NCBI GenBank assembly: GCA_964016885.1
Contig: OZ024741.1
Location: 400,582,001-400,646,000 of the forward strand
Reading direction: 5' to 3'
Length of the DNA stretch: 64,000 nt
From: Eledone cirrhosa
Taxonomy: Eukaryota
The notes under the pieces are model-generated. The model worked only from the letters and a program-made list of their open reading frames with translations, was not told the DNA's origin and made no database searches. Position 1 is the first letter of the stretch, and each line of letters begins with the position of its first letter. The translations under genes and the position numbers were made by a program. Positions 28,346 to 39,985 of the stretch are shown in pieces.

Positions 28346-28532
28346 AATAATTGTTTCTATTTTAGGCATAAGGCCAGCAATTACTCAGTACATTTCTGGT
28401 ACTTTAATTTATCGGCCCCGTAAGGATGAAAGGCAAAGTTAACCTCGGCGGGATTTGAACTCAGATCATAAAGGGACGTAACTCTATGCTTCAAAGCATG
28501 TCCGGCTCTCTACCGATATTGCCAATCCACCC
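28346..28532 (-). mobile_element. tRNA-derived SINE (same family)
   Basis: CTGGTACTTTAATTTATCGGCCCCGTAAGGATGAAAGGCAAAGTTAACCTCGGCGGGATTTGAACTCAG. Confidence 0.82.
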
Positions 28533-28693
28533 CTTTGAATAAATAATGAATGAATATTACATAATTTATCTACTAAATTTCGTGGTTGTTCATTAAATAT
28601 ATTGTATTATTTATTTTAAGATTCATTCTTTAAAATTTTCAAATGTCAACACTTCCGGTGGCGATCGCTTAAGTAAATATTCATATATTTCCG

Positions 28694-29018
28694 TCACTGG
28701 CGGAAGGTCCTACCGAACAGATTGGCCAGTTCATCTTCCTCTACGCCTAGAGTTTCTCCGAGCGTGTCGTAGCACTTGCTGCGGACCAACACTCTATAGA
28801 ATGTCGAAGTGGAGTCTCCACTGATCGCCGGGTCCGTTTGCCAGAGGACTGTTAGCGCCTGAGCACATTCGATGTGCCAGTCGCCCATTTTCCTCGGTCT
28901 TTGCTTGACCCAGGACTGCAGCTCGGTCAGCGAGACGAGTCGTGGGAGGGCTCGCCTCCCGAACGGGGCCCACACCGGTTGTCCGGTGAGGAATGCGTGG
29001 AGGTGCCGCAGCCTGAGC
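28694..29018 (-). pseudogene. Fragment of a second, diverged Tx1 ORF2
   Basis: LRLRHLHAFLTGQPVWAPFGRRALPRLVSLTELQSWVKQR...EEDELANLFGRTF aligns with the same region of the 24313-26655 protein. Confidence 0.85.
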
Positions 29019-29465
29019 AGGTAGGTAGGTAGGGAGGTAGATAGATAGGTAGATAGGTAGGTAGGTAGGTAGATAGGTAGGTAGGTAGGTAGGTAGGTAG
29101 GTAGGTAGATAGGTAGGTAGGTAGGTAGGTAGGTAGGTAGGTAGATAGGTAGGTAGGTAGGTAGGTAGGTAGGTAGGTAGGTAGGAAGTAGGTAGGTAGG
29201 TAGATAGGTAGGTAGGTAGTAGGTAGGTAGGTAGATAGGTAGGTAGGTAGGTAGGTAGGTAGGTAGATAGGTAGGTAGGTAGGTAGGTAGGTAGGTAGGT
29301 AGGTAGGAAGTAGGTAGGTAGGTAGATAGGTAGGTAGGTAGGTAGGTAGGTAGGTAGGTAGGTAGGTAGGTAGGTAGGAAGTAGGTAGGTAGGTAGGTAG
29401 GTAGGTAGGTAGGTAGGAAGTAGGTAGGTAGGTAGGTAGGAAAGTAGGGAGGGAGGGAGGTAGAT
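29019..29465. repeat. (TAGG)n tetranucleotide microsatellite
   Basis: Direct inspection; explains the YLPT-repeat ORFs. Confidence 0.95.
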
Positions 29466-29499
29466 ACTTGTACAACTAGCAGAACACTTGAGACGATTA

Positions 29500-30629
29500 G
29501 CCCCCCTCCCTTCACAAGTGACCTAGCTAGAGTGTATTATGTCACCCGGGGTAGCTGCTGTGTCCCCTCCCTTCACAAGTGACCTAGCTAGAGTGTATGT
29601 CACCCGGGGTAGCTGTTGTGTCCCCTCCCTTCACAAGTGACCTAGCTAGAGTGTATTATGTCACCCGGGGTAGCTGTTGTGTCCCCTCCCTTCACAAGTG
29701 ACCTAGCTAGAGTGTATTATGTCACCCGGGGTAGCTGCTGTGTCCCCTCCCTTCACAAGTGACCTAGCTAGAGTGTATGTCACCCGGGGTAGCTGCTGTG
29801 TCCCCTCCCTTCACAAGTGACCTAGCTAGAGTGTATGTCACCCGGGGTAGCTGTTGTGCCCCCTCCCTTCACAAGTGACCTAGCTAGAGTGTATGTCACC
29901 CGGGGTAGCTGTTGTGCCCCCTCCCTTCACAAGTGACCTAGCTAGAGTGTATTATGTCACCCGGGGTAGCTGTTGTGCCCCCTCCCTTCACAAGTGACCT
30001 AGCTAGAGTGTATGTCACCCGGGGTAGCTGTTGTGCCCCCTCCCTTCACAAGTGACCTAGCTAGAGTGTATGTCACCCGGGGTAGCTGTTGTGCCCCCCC
30101 CCCCTCACAAGTGACCTAGCTAGAGTGTATTATGTCACCCGGGGTAGCTGTTGTGCCCCCCCCCCTCACAAGTGACCTAGCTAGAGTGTATTATGTCACC
30201 CGGGGTAGCTGTTGTACCCCCCTCACAAGTGACCTAGCTAGAGTGTATGTCACCCGGGGTAGCTGTTGTGCCCCCTCCCTTCAAAGTGACCTAGCTAGAG
30301 TGTATGTCACCCGGGGTAGCTGTTGTGCCCCCTCCCTTCAAAGTGACCTAGCTAGAGTGTATGTCACCCGGGGTAGCTGTTGTGCCCCCTCCCTTCACAA
30401 GTGACCTAGCTAGAGTGTATTATGTCACCCGGGGTAGCTGTTGTGCCCCCTCCCTTCACAAGTGACCTAGCTAGAGTGTATGTCACCCGGGGTAGCTGTT
30501 GTGCCCCCTCCCTTCACAAGTCACCTAGCTAGAGTGTATGTCACCCGGGGTAGCTGTTGTGCCCCCTCCCTTCACAAGTCACCTAGCTAGAGTGTATGTC
30601 ACCAGGGGTAGCTGTTGTGTCCCCTCCCC
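29500..30629. repeat. 58/61-bp minisatellite, ~19 copies
   Basis: Unit CCCCTCCCTTCACAAGTGACCTAGCTAGAGTGTAT(TAT)GTCACCCGGGGTAGCTGTTGTG. Confidence 0.95.
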
Positions 30630-30944
30630 GACCACAACATACTCAGGTATACAGCAACTGACTGACTCAAAAGTGCCGCTCTCATAAAGGTTTCACCTGG
30701 GGCAATGTGCCCCTCTCCCAGCTATGCTGCTACCTCTCACATTATGTCAACATGTTTCCTGTCCCCCACCAGTACCTCACCCCACAACGTCCGATTGATT
30801 TGAGTCTAAACATTATCAGCGTAGAGTTACGTCCCTTTATGGTCTGATCTCCAACGTACTGGGATAATGCTGGCCTTGTGCCAAAAGTAGAAACAATATT
30901 AGGGCGGTGCATTGGCAGTATCAGTGGAGAGTCAGCCAACATGC

Positions 30945-31112
30945 TTAGAGTTACGGCCCTTTACGGTATAAGTTCAAATCCTGCCAGGGTTAGCTTTGCC
31001 TTTCATCCTTACTGGATTGATAAAATAAAGTACTAGTAATATTCTGGGGTCGATTATTATCGATTTTCCCTTCCCCCAAATTGTTGGCCTTGTGCCTAAA
31101 TCAGAAACCAAT
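30945..31112 (+). mobile_element. tRNA-derived SINE (same family)
   Basis: AGTTCAAATCCTGCCAGGGTTAGCTTTGCCTTTCATCCTTACTGG...GGCCTTGTGCCTAAA. Confidence 0.75.
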
Positions 31113-31115
31113 GTA

Positions 31116-31238
31116 AATAATTATTTCTACTTTTGACACAAGGCCAGCAATTATCCAGTGTATTACTGGTACTTTATTTTATCGACCCCGTAAGGATGAA
31201 AGGCAAAGTTAACCATAACGGGATTTGAACTCAGACCA
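31116..31238 (-). mobile_element. tRNA-derived SINE, tail-to-tail with the previous copy
   Basis: CTGGTACTTTATTTTATCGACCCCGTAAGGATGAAAGGCAAAGTTAACC...GGATTTGAACTCAG. Confidence 0.8.
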
Positions 31239-31249
31239 TAAATTCAGAC

Positions 31250-33090
31250 CATTTATTTATCTATTTATTTATTTATTTATACTTCTCTTAGGTCAGTGTT
31301 GTTTGTTTGGGTGTTGTTGTTATTCCATTCATTCTTTCTGTTTAGCCTTGGCCTTCTAAGTTCTGTTTCACTGGCCTCTCTGATTTGCCTATCTGCTGGG
31401 TCATTTCTATGTTTAGATATTATTCTAATTTCTATGTTGTCTATGTTACCGTCATGTTGTTGTCTGGCGTGTTCGTATTGTACTGACCCGTTTTTTCGTC
31501 CTTTTAGTTCCCCCTAGTGTTGGTCTATCCTTTCACCTATGCTACGAGCTGTCTCGCCTATGTATGTTGTTGTCATGTTTCTGCAAGTACCCTCTGTACA
31601 TCTTATGCTATAGACTACGTTTCTAGTTTTACAGTTTATCCAGGGGTTTACCTTACATATGATACATTTCCTATTAGTACAGTAGCGCCCACAAACATGA
31701 CACTCTGGTATCTCTGGTTGTCGTACCATGAGGTGGCTTTCCTTATCTTATGTCTAACCCTATCTAAGCTATTCCATGATTTGCTCCTGTATAATGGGCA
31801 AATTCCTTTCATGTCCAGTTCTATGAGGGTCTTATACTTCTCCATGGCTCCTTCGTATACTCTGACTCTATCTCTTTTCTGTCTCTTTGGTTGTATAAGA
31901 CCCTCATAGAATTGGACATGAAAGGAATTTGCCCATTATACAGGAGCAAATCATGGAATAGCTTAGATAGGGCGAGACATAAGATAGGGAAAGCCACCTC
32001 ATGGTACGACAACCAGAGATACCAGAGTGTCATGTTTGTGGACGCTACCCCTGGAGGGAAATTAGCTAACCAGTGTAGAAAGGCCCTAAGAAAGACCCAC
32101 TTAAAGATTAAGGTGGTAGAAAAGCCAGGAACCACCATAAAATCCCTGATCAGCAAAACCTACCCTTTTAAGAAAACCCACTGTACCAATAGGAAATGTA
32201 TCATAGGTAAGGTAAACCCCCGGATAAACTGTAAAACTAGAAACGTAGTCTATAGCATAAGATGTACAGAGGGCACTTGCAGAAACATGACAACAACATA
32301 CATAGGCGAGACAGCTCGTAGCATAGGTGAAAGGATGACCAACACTGGGGGGAACTAAAAGGACGAAAAAACGGTTCAGTACTATACGAACATGCCAGAC
32401 AACAACACGACGGTAACATAGACAACATAGAAATTAGAATATCTAAGCATAGAAATGACCCAGCAGATAGGCAAATCAGAGAGGCTAGTGAAATAGAACT
32501 TAGAAGGCCAAGGCTAAACAGAAAGAATGAATGGAATAACAACAACACCCAAACAAACAACACTGACCTAAGAGAAGTATAAATAAATAAATAAATAGAT
32601 AAATAAATAAATAAATACATACACAAGCACAATAACAACAAACACATATAAACACACACTAGTAAAGATAGAATACATTAACCAATACACAGTCACCCAA
32701 TCACGAACACACATCAAACAAAACACTATACATACACGCAAACGCATGTGCAAAGAAGACAAAATAAAATAAACCAATAAATAAATATATAAACAGACTA
32801 AATAAAGATGGCGTAGAAAATACAATATAACGGGAGGAAACAATAGCACCACTGACGATGTTGCAGATGTGCAACGAAAGAACTTTGGTAAACTATATAT
32901 ATTTGTTTGTGTCTATATTGTATCTGTATTATTTTTTACCGTTGGTCAGTCAATGGCAACATTGAGGACCGAATAAATTAGATTACCGATATAAAAGACA
33001 CAGAAGCGAAAAGCGAAAACCAACCAAACAGTGAGTGTGTTCTGTTATTAATTCTGGCAATATTACACAAATATGACCCTCCCCAAGTAT

Positions 33091-33100
<10 letters not shown>
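31250..33100 (+). mobile_element. Penelope-like element family A2: 5'-truncated GIY-YIG end plus pLTR (31891-33100, +) preceded by an inverted, internally deleted copy (31250-31890, -)
   Basis: NCKTRNVVYSIRCTEGTCRNMTTTYIGETARSIGER on both strands; pLTR ends ATGACCCTCCCCAAGTATAACAATAT then (TA)n. Confidence 0.88.
32848..32889 (+). ncRNA. Minimal type I hammerhead ribozyme in PLE pLTR
   Basis: ACCA-CTGACGA-T-GTTGCA(GATG)TGCAAC-GAAA-G-AA-CTT-TGGT; stems I and II pair perfectly. Confidence 0.8.
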
Positions 33101-33122
<22 letters not shown>

Positions 33123-33230
33123 GTATGTATGTATACGTACATACATATATGTATACAGACGTACAGTAGCATGCATATATATATATATATACATGTACAT
33201 ACAGGTACACATACATATATGTATGTGTAC

Positions 33231-33283
<53 letters not shown>

Positions 33284-33331
33284 TGCTACTGTACGTCTGT
33301 ATACATATATCTATGTACGTATACATACATA

Positions 33332-33389
<58 letters not shown>

Positions 33390-33398
<9 letters not shown>

Positions 33399-33555
33399 AT
33401 ACTTGGGGAGGGTCATATTTTTGTAATATTGCCAGAATTAATAACAGAACACACTCACTGTTTGGTTGGTTTTCGCTTTTCGCTTCTGTGTCTTTTATAT
33501 CGGTAATCTAATTTATTCGGTCCTCAATGTTGCCATTGACTGACCAACGGTAAAA
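33390..33555 (-). mobile_element. Inverted copy of the family A2 pLTR terminus
   Basis: Reverse complement of ~32934-33100. Confidence 0.85.
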
Positions 33556-33559
33556 TATA

Positions 33560-33997
33560 TATATGCATGCTACTGTACGTCTGTATACATATATGTATGT
33601 ACGTATACATACATACTTACATTTAAGTAAGTGCCGTACTAAGAGTGAGAAATGAAATTTCGTTTTCATTTTATTACAACTTATCGTTCTCGGTACGCCT
33701 GGCCGATTTAACTCACTCGATATGCAAATTAGGCTGCTCAGCCGTTAATTTTCATAAGGAAAGTATATACTTTCGAACGTTCAACTATCTGGCAGAAGGG
33801 TATACGGTGCTGATGATAGCTAACAAGCTTGAAACTAGTACATCGTTCCTGTGTCAGTGTTGAACAAAAAGGTGACGTGGTTGCCTTAACACCGTACGGC
33901 ATAAATTCAGGCTGTTCAGTTTGTTTACAAACGAACAAAGCGGGCGTTATAATAAGCGTCCGCTAAACTGATACGTACATATATGTATGTGTACCTG

Positions 33998-34033
<36 letters not shown>

Positions 34034-34145
34034 TGCTACTGTACGTCTGTATACATATATGTATGTACGTATACATACATACTTACGTTTAAGTAAGTGC
34101 CGTACTAAGAGTGAGAAATGAAATTTCGTTTTCATTTTATTACAA

Positions 34146-34150
<5 letters not shown>
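33560..34150 (+). mobile_element. ORF-less ~466-bp partial-tandem unit (~1.3 copies) carrying a hammerhead; retrozyme-like
   Basis: ~33560-33684 repeated directly at ~34026-34150 (GCATGCTAC at 33565 and 34031), with a hammerhead between. Confidence 0.65.
33804..33846 (+). ncRNA. Canonical type I hammerhead ribozyme
   Basis: ACGGTG-CTGATGA-T-AGCT(AACA)AGCT-T-GAAA-CTAG-TA-CATCGT; GUA site; palindromic stem III. Confidence 0.88.
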
Positions 34151-34199
<49 letters not shown>

Positions 34200-34201
<2 letters not shown>

Positions 34202-34350
34202 TATATTCGTGTAGAGATATTTTTGCATACACAATAACAAAATATAAACAAACGTATTTATTTCACGCGGCTCGATAAGGATAAATATATATCAAATATA
34301 TAAGAACCCTAGAGCAAATCCCGAGCGACGCCGGGCCATTCTGCTAATAT
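34200..34350 (+). mobile_element. Possible Helitron 3' end remnant
   Basis: CCCGAGCGACGCCGGG hairpin followed by CTGCTAAT, resembling the Helitron ends at 37701 and 60429. Confidence 0.4.
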
Positions 34351-34464
34351 TCACTAAAGTCATTAAATAGTTAATATTTATAGTAATTGCATTTCAATAA
34401 AATATACAATGATAATATCACAAATCTTCAAATAATACTCAAATCTTCAAGATAATCTTCAAAT

Positions 34465-34835
34465 ATCGGTCGATTTCCGACAGGTTTGCGGTTGTACCCT
34501 TGGCAGTGGAGACATCTGGTGCCCTCGGCCCTATGGCTACGTCTCTACTCACCGCCATAAGCGCTGAGCTGGCCAGCCGCAGGTGTGAGCCCCGCGAGTT
34601 GGAATGGCTTTTCCAGCGCGCCTCCCTTGCTGTCCTCCGAGGAAACGCCTTCTCTATTCTGTCCGCCGGGGCTGTGGGGAGGTCTCCAATATGAGTGACT
34701 GACCTGTAATTTTATCAGTCAGATATTCTAAAGACTCTCTACTTTCTTACCTCTCCTTGCTACCACTCAGTCATATCACTCGTTAATATTTATAGTAATT
34801 GCATTATCAATAAAATATACAATGAAAATATAACA
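34465..34835 (+). pseudogene. 3' end of a CRE-like (restriction-like endonuclease) non-LTR retrotransposon
   Basis: FAVVPLAVETSGALGP...EPRELEWLFQRASLAVLRGNAFSIL is typical of the CRE C-terminus; ~50-bp direct repeat at 34370-34418 and 34782-34831. Confidence 0.7.
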
Positions 34836-34847
34836 AATATGTGTGAC

Positions 34848-35428
34848 TACTCTCAGGTCTTGAATAATTGTCTCCCGCCCCCCTTATTAATTTATCACCC
34901 CCACCCCCAACCATCCCCCGTTTTTATTCCATCCCCACCCACCGCACTTATTAAATTTTACGAATCTATCTCCGGCGAAATTTTATTGTAAGTGATTCCT
35001 ATTGATACAGCAGCTGGAGAATCTAATAATTTTATTTTACATTAACCCTTTACCATTCACATTACTCTATATATACTATTGTATTTTCACGGTAAAGGCT
35101 TTATCTCACATAATTATCTCATATAATATCGAAGCTACACGATTTTGATATTATTTATTTTGAGAACAATACCTTGACATTGGTATGAGCGGTCTGTTAT
35201 AGCCGGTTTGAACAAAAGGAAGTGAAAGAATTCTGACCGGATATGGTCGGTTTAAATGCTAAAGGGTTAAAAAAAACATGACAAAAAAAAGAACATTCAA
35301 GAAATCCCATATTTACGAACGTACAATATACAATTACCGATTCCCCAACCCTTTGTTTATTCCACATATCCCCGCTTATAAGAATTTAAGCCAATGTCCA
35401 ACCCCACTATTGTTTGGGACTCGAGAGT
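34848..35428. mobile_element. Degenerate TIR element (Tc1/mariner-pogo-like MITE), interrupted by a piggyBac-type MITE
   Basis: TACTCTC...GAGAGTA termini; subterminal CCCC-TTATTA motifs. Confidence 0.4.
35046..35266. mobile_element. piggyBac-type MITE
   Basis: TTAA TSD at 35042-35045 and 35267-35270; TIR CCCTTTACCATT / AATGCTAAAGGG. Confidence 0.75.
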
Positions 35429-35471
35429 ACACGGATGAATGACTATAAAATAATTAGAAAAACACTACAAA

Positions 35472-37117
35472 TATTGTTATACTTTGGGAGGGTCATGTTG
35501 CCAATAAGAAACACACCCACCAGTTGCTTTCACTTCAATTTATTATTATAATAAATTTATAATAAATTTATAAATTTCTGGTTGGTTGGCTGGTTCCACA
35601 ACCAGATAGTTGTTTATATATTGTCATAGTTCTTTCGTCACACACTCTGTGACCTCTTCAGTGACTGGGGATTCCTTTCTTTGTTTCTGTGCCTCTCCTT
35701 TGTTCTGTCTTACGCCATTTTGTTTCCGTGTGTGTGTTGTGTGCTCAGTCTGCGCATGCGCCACATCCGGGTGTCTGTGTGTGTTTATGTTCATTTATTT
35801 ATTTGTTTATTTACATGTTACTGGTTGGTTGTTTGTTCTATGTGTGTGTGTGTGTTTTCATTTTGTCCTTAATTGTAAGTTGTGATGTTGCTGTTCCACT
35901 CATATTTTCTATTTAATTTTGGTTGTAATTCTTTTATGTTTATTGCCTCTGTAATTTGTCTAAACATTGCGTCTTTTCTGTGTGTAGATTCTATTTTTAT
36001 TTCTGTTCTCTAATTTACCCTTGTGTTCTATTTTAGCATGTTGGTAGAGTACAGATGATTCTTTACTATCTTGAAGGTCTCGCCAGTGTTCATTTATCCG
36101 TTCCCCTACACTACGAGCTGTCTCACCTATGTACACTATATTTTTGTCTCTACATTGTCCTTCAGTACATCTTATGCTATACACTACATTTCTAGTTTTA
36201 CAGTTAATATGGGGGCTTATTTTACAGGTTATACATTTCTTATCTATACATGAGGGTCTTTGAAAAGGGTATGTCTTGCTAATAAGTATTTTTACGGAGG
36301 TACCTGGTCTTTCTACTATCTTAATATTGAGTTTATATTTATTTAGGGCCCTTCTAAATTTGTAAGCTAATTCACCTCTAGGGGTTGTATCGATGAACAT
36401 TACACTCTGGTATTTATTGCTATCATACCATGAGTTTATTCTATTAGCCTTGTTCCTAGTTTTTTCTATTCTATTCCAAAATTTGCTCCAATACAAGGCG
36501 CAGGTCCCATTTGTATCATTATTTACCATTTTTTCCCATTTGTTTCTGGCTCCTCTATATACTCTGATTTTATCTCTCTGATTGTAACCAGAGAACTGCA
36601 TACGGTGGATGAAGTGTTGTATGTGTCTCTCTAGTTCTTTGGGGTTGCACATGCGGGACACGTTTCTCATCACCCGTACCAAATCTGCAATCAGTATGTT
36701 GATTTTGGTGTGATCCGAAACAGCTGAGTTTCGGTGGATCAGATATTTGGAAGTCATGGGTTTGGCATAATGGGAATGGAGGATTTGTTTTTTGTTATTA
36801 ATGGTATCTAACCAGAGCTCTGTGTCTAGTACAGGTAATCGATGGTTGGGGTGTTTGCTTGGGTAGTCTATAGTAACTCTAATACTATGGTGGATGGAGT
36901 TAGCTATTTGAACAACCGGCCGGTTGTGGAACCAACCAACCAACCAACCAACCAGCCAACCGGAAATTTATAAATTTAACTTATAATAAATTGGAGTGAT
37001 AGCAACTGGTGCGTGTGTTTCTTATTGGCAACATGACCCTCCCAAAGTATAACAATATCGGTTTCAACACACGTTTTCAGATAAAGAATCTTACTAAACA
37101 AATTCAGAAACGAAATA
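35472..37117 (-). mobile_element. Penelope-like element family A1, 5'-truncated, with an inverted pLTR segment (36921-37117, +) at the truncation point
   Basis: ORF 35960-36943 (RT C-terminus/thumb, CxxxxCxxC linker, VVY..YIGET GIY-YIG) nearly identical to 45036-46080; pLTR ends inverted at 35472 and ~37057. Confidence 0.92.
35623..35665 (-). ncRNA. Minimal type I hammerhead ribozyme in PLE pLTR
   Basis: GTCA-CTGAAGA-G-GTCACA(GAGTG)TGTGAC-GAAA-G-AA-CTA-TGAC. Confidence 0.85.
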
Positions 37118-37124
37118 TATATAT

Positions 37125-37230
<106 letters not shown>

Positions 37231-37261
37231 TACATGAATCAAAGTTCTGTTTAAACCATTT

Positions 37262-37313
37262 ATTGGCTTACAATTGTTTCTTCCAAACCTCGGTTCGATG
37301 TCTTCGGAGCAAT
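37262..37313 (-). ncRNA. Hammerhead motif, inverted-arm copy (CCGAAGA core, weaker stem II)
   Basis: ATTGCT-CCGAAGA-CATCGAACCGAGGTTTGGAA-GAAA-CAATTG-TA-AGCCAAT. Confidence 0.55.
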
Positions 37314-37426
37314 TTTTCAATGATTGTTTACATACATGACCTCCTTTTCAACACAAGAGACATACAGAAACATATGTATATATATTGTTGCACAATGATG
37401 TCATCTATGTAAACAATCATTGAAAA

Positions 37427-37478
37427 ATTGCTCCGAAGAATCCAAACCTCGGTTTGGAAGAAACAATTGTAAGCGAAT
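37427..37478 (+). ncRNA. Hammerhead motif with U4C core variant
   Basis: ATTGCT-CCGAAGA-A-TCCAAACC(TC)GGTTTGGA-A-GAAA-CAATTG-TA-AGCGAAT. Confidence 0.7.
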
Positions 37479-37889
37479 AAATGGTTTAAACAGAACTTTG
37501 ATTCATGTAATTTCTATATAACTGCTGTGTAGAACAACTGATGTTATTACATTGAGCTATTTATCTTACTGGTAATAAGGTAGTAATAAATTACTGTCTT
37601 TCACTATTTAGGGTTTAAAATATATATAACTATAAAAGGTTTTAGTATATACATAACCATAAATAGTATCCTTAATACTATATATATATATATATATATA
37701 CTAGCGGAGCTACCCGGCTTCGCTCAGTGTTAAAAAGCTTATTTAGAAAAGAATAATATTAACATTTTAATCGTTATTTAAAAACTTCTGTAATTTAGTT
37801 TCTATTTTTTAGATTTTAACATTTATCTTTAAATGACTGAATGACTGACGAATTTAAAGAAAATTCGTTATAAGAACATTTAATTTGTT

Positions 37890-39722
37890 TTACTGAAGTG
37901 CTTTTGGATACACAATGTTTTTTGTTTTTCCTTCTGGTGCGTACACGAATAAATCAGAAGGTTTACCGACGCGTGAGCAAGCCACATACAGCTGTCCATG
38001 TGAGAAGCATGGATTTTCTAAATTTAGTCCACACACTTGTAGCGATTGTCCTTGTGCTTTGTTGATAGTCATTGCAAAGGCGAGTCGCACCGGAAACTGC
38101 AAACGTTTGAAATCGAATGGCGTATCTGTTGGAATGATTGGGATGCGTGGCAAGAGTACATCTTCTCCTTTAAATTTTCCATTTAAAATTGTAGCCTCGA
38201 TGATATTGTTCATCGTCTTTTTCACTGAAAGTCTGGTACCGTTGCAAAGTTGTGGTGGATTGATGTTTCGGAGAAGGATGATAGGCACGCCAATTTTCAA
38301 TGTTAAAATGTGCGGTGGCATGCCTGGCAAATCAAGTGAATTCAAGAATTCAATTGGATAATTGATAATTTCGTCTTGATTCATTACAGTACCGATGGAC
38401 TTATACGTTGTCTCTTCGCCTGGTATTTCGTTTTGAATGCTGAAATTAATGGCATTGACATCGGTGTTTTTGGCTGCTAATATAGCACGTACACTGAGCC
38501 ACTGATGATTTTTGTAATGCTGCGCAATATTTGGGAACACTTTGTGAATCAGTTCGTCTCTGGTTGCCGTGATTCTACAGAAGTTTGTTGGCAATGTGAT
38601 ACATTTTGTGGAATCATCGATTACCATTTTCCCATTCCCAATATCCAGCAATTGTTTTGTGAAACGTTCAGCGGATGCGTCATTTTGTAGTTGTACACGC
38701 ATATTGTTTTTTAAAGTTAATTTCTGTACGTGTCGCCATAAAACTGATGATTTGAGACATGCATTAAGCTCATCAGCGGGTGTTGATCGCGGTATAACTG
38801 GTAGAGTTTGTCGAAAATCACCAGACAATAAAATGAGTGTGCCACCGAAGAGGTGTTCATTTCCTTTCAAATCTTTTAGCGTATTATTAAGCGCTTTCAA
38901 TGATTTTTTGTGCGCCATAGTACATTCGTCCCATATAATGATTTTACATGATTGGAGTACTTTACCTATACCAGAATGTTTGGTAATATTGCATGTTGAT
39001 GTCTCAGCGATTTGCATATTCAATGGCAATTTCAGGGCTGAATGTGCTGTTCGGCGACCATCTAAAAGAGTTGCCGCAATTCCAGATGATGTGATTGCCA
39101 GTGCAATATTATTTTCTGATCGTATAGTTGCCAAAATAAGTGAAATGAGAAAAGTTTTGCCTGTACCACCTGGCGCATCTATAAAATACAATGTGCCGCT
39201 TTGACTTATAATTGCCTGCATAATTTGGTCATATACTATGCGTTGTTCTGGTAGCAATTTGGGAAGATTCGTTTGAACAAATGTACCCAACTCGGCGACA
39301 TCAAAGTTTGTTTCTCGTTGCAAATCACGATCGAAAATGTCGTTTACAGATCGATTCGGCGCAGGCATTCCCAATTGTACCAATGTTTTGTTAGCGATTG
39401 CTAAACATATGACCTCAATGGAAACCAATGCTTCATTATACACATTTTGTGTGAATTGAATATTCATATTTTGATTTGTTGCACGCAAACGATGTAGGAT
39501 GTCTTCACTCATGTAGTCTTTATATTTTTCCCAAAGATCTTTTGGATTTGATGGGAAGCACGTTGTCAATATTATTGAGAATAATGTGCGTATTTGCTTT
39601 GGTCGAGCAGTATTCGATGCATCAGCGAGTGAAGTGTCCCAATGTCCATCATTTTCAAGAAGATTTAATTCTTGGCAAGCTTCACGATAAGTGGCACATA
39701 CTTGACCGTTTACTGTTCTCAA
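37890..39722 (-). CDS. Helitron PIF1-like helicase (C-terminal part of RepHel; Rep/HUH domain absent)
   Basis: APGGTGKT, IIWDECTM, GDFRQTLPV, LCNGTRL, KAQGQSL, HGQLYVACSRV; 610 aa uninterrupted. Confidence 0.9.
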   Translation of the reverse strand: MRTVNGQVCATYREACQELNLLENDGHWDTSLADASNTARPKQIRTLFSIILTTCFPSNPKDLWEKYKDYMSEDILHRLRATNQNMNIQFTQNVYNEALVSIEVICLAIANKTLVQLGMPAPNRSVNDIFDRDLQRETNFDVAELGTFVQTNLPKLLPEQRIVYDQIMQAIISQSGTLYFIDAPGGTGKTFLISLILATIRSENNIALAITSSGIAATLLDGRRTAHSALKLPLNMQIAETSTCNITKHSGIGKVLQSCKIIIWDECTMAHKKSLKALNNTLKDLKGNEHLFGGTLILLSGDFRQTLPVIPRSTPADELNACLKSSVLWRHVQKLTLKNNMRVQLQNDASAERFTKQLLDIGNGKMVIDDSTKCITLPTNFCRITATRDELIHKVFPNIAQHYKNHQWLSVRAILAAKNTDVNAINFSIQNEIPGEETTYKSIGTVMNQDEIINYPIEFLNSLDLPGMPPHILTLKIGVPIILLRNINPPQLCNGTRLSVKKTMNNIIEATILNGKFKGEDVLLPRIPIIPTDTPFDFKRLQFPVRLAFAMTINKAQGQSLQVCGLNLENPCFSHGQLYVACSRVGKPSDLFVYAPEGKTKNIVYPKALQ

Positions 39723-39875
39723 TTCTTGGAATGATGTCGGTCCACGTATGTGTCCAGGTCAGGAAAATAAGGACAGACGAAATGAAGATATCAAATTACA
39801 GCACTTAGTTAAGGGCTAGCTGAAAAAGAATTCCCTGTAATGGGAGTGGAAGGGAAGTAATGTGAAACAGACACT

Positions 39876-39985
39876 ATACTAATTCTATTGAAATTATATT
39901 AAATTAAAGAGAGAATTTACTAATTCTATTGAAATTATATTAAATTAAAAAGAGAATACTAATTCTATTGAAATTATCTTTAATT
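39876..39985. repeat. ~3 x ~41-bp tandem repeat inside the Helitron
   Basis: TACTAATTCTATTGAAATTATATTAAATTAAA repeated. Confidence 0.8.

Noticed and set aside
29500-30629. CRISPR-like array
   Set aside because: Pure tandem units without unique spacers, no cas genes, eukaryotic context
37890-39722. Host PIF1 helicase gene
   Set aside because: Intronless and enclosed by Helitron TC and CTAG termini
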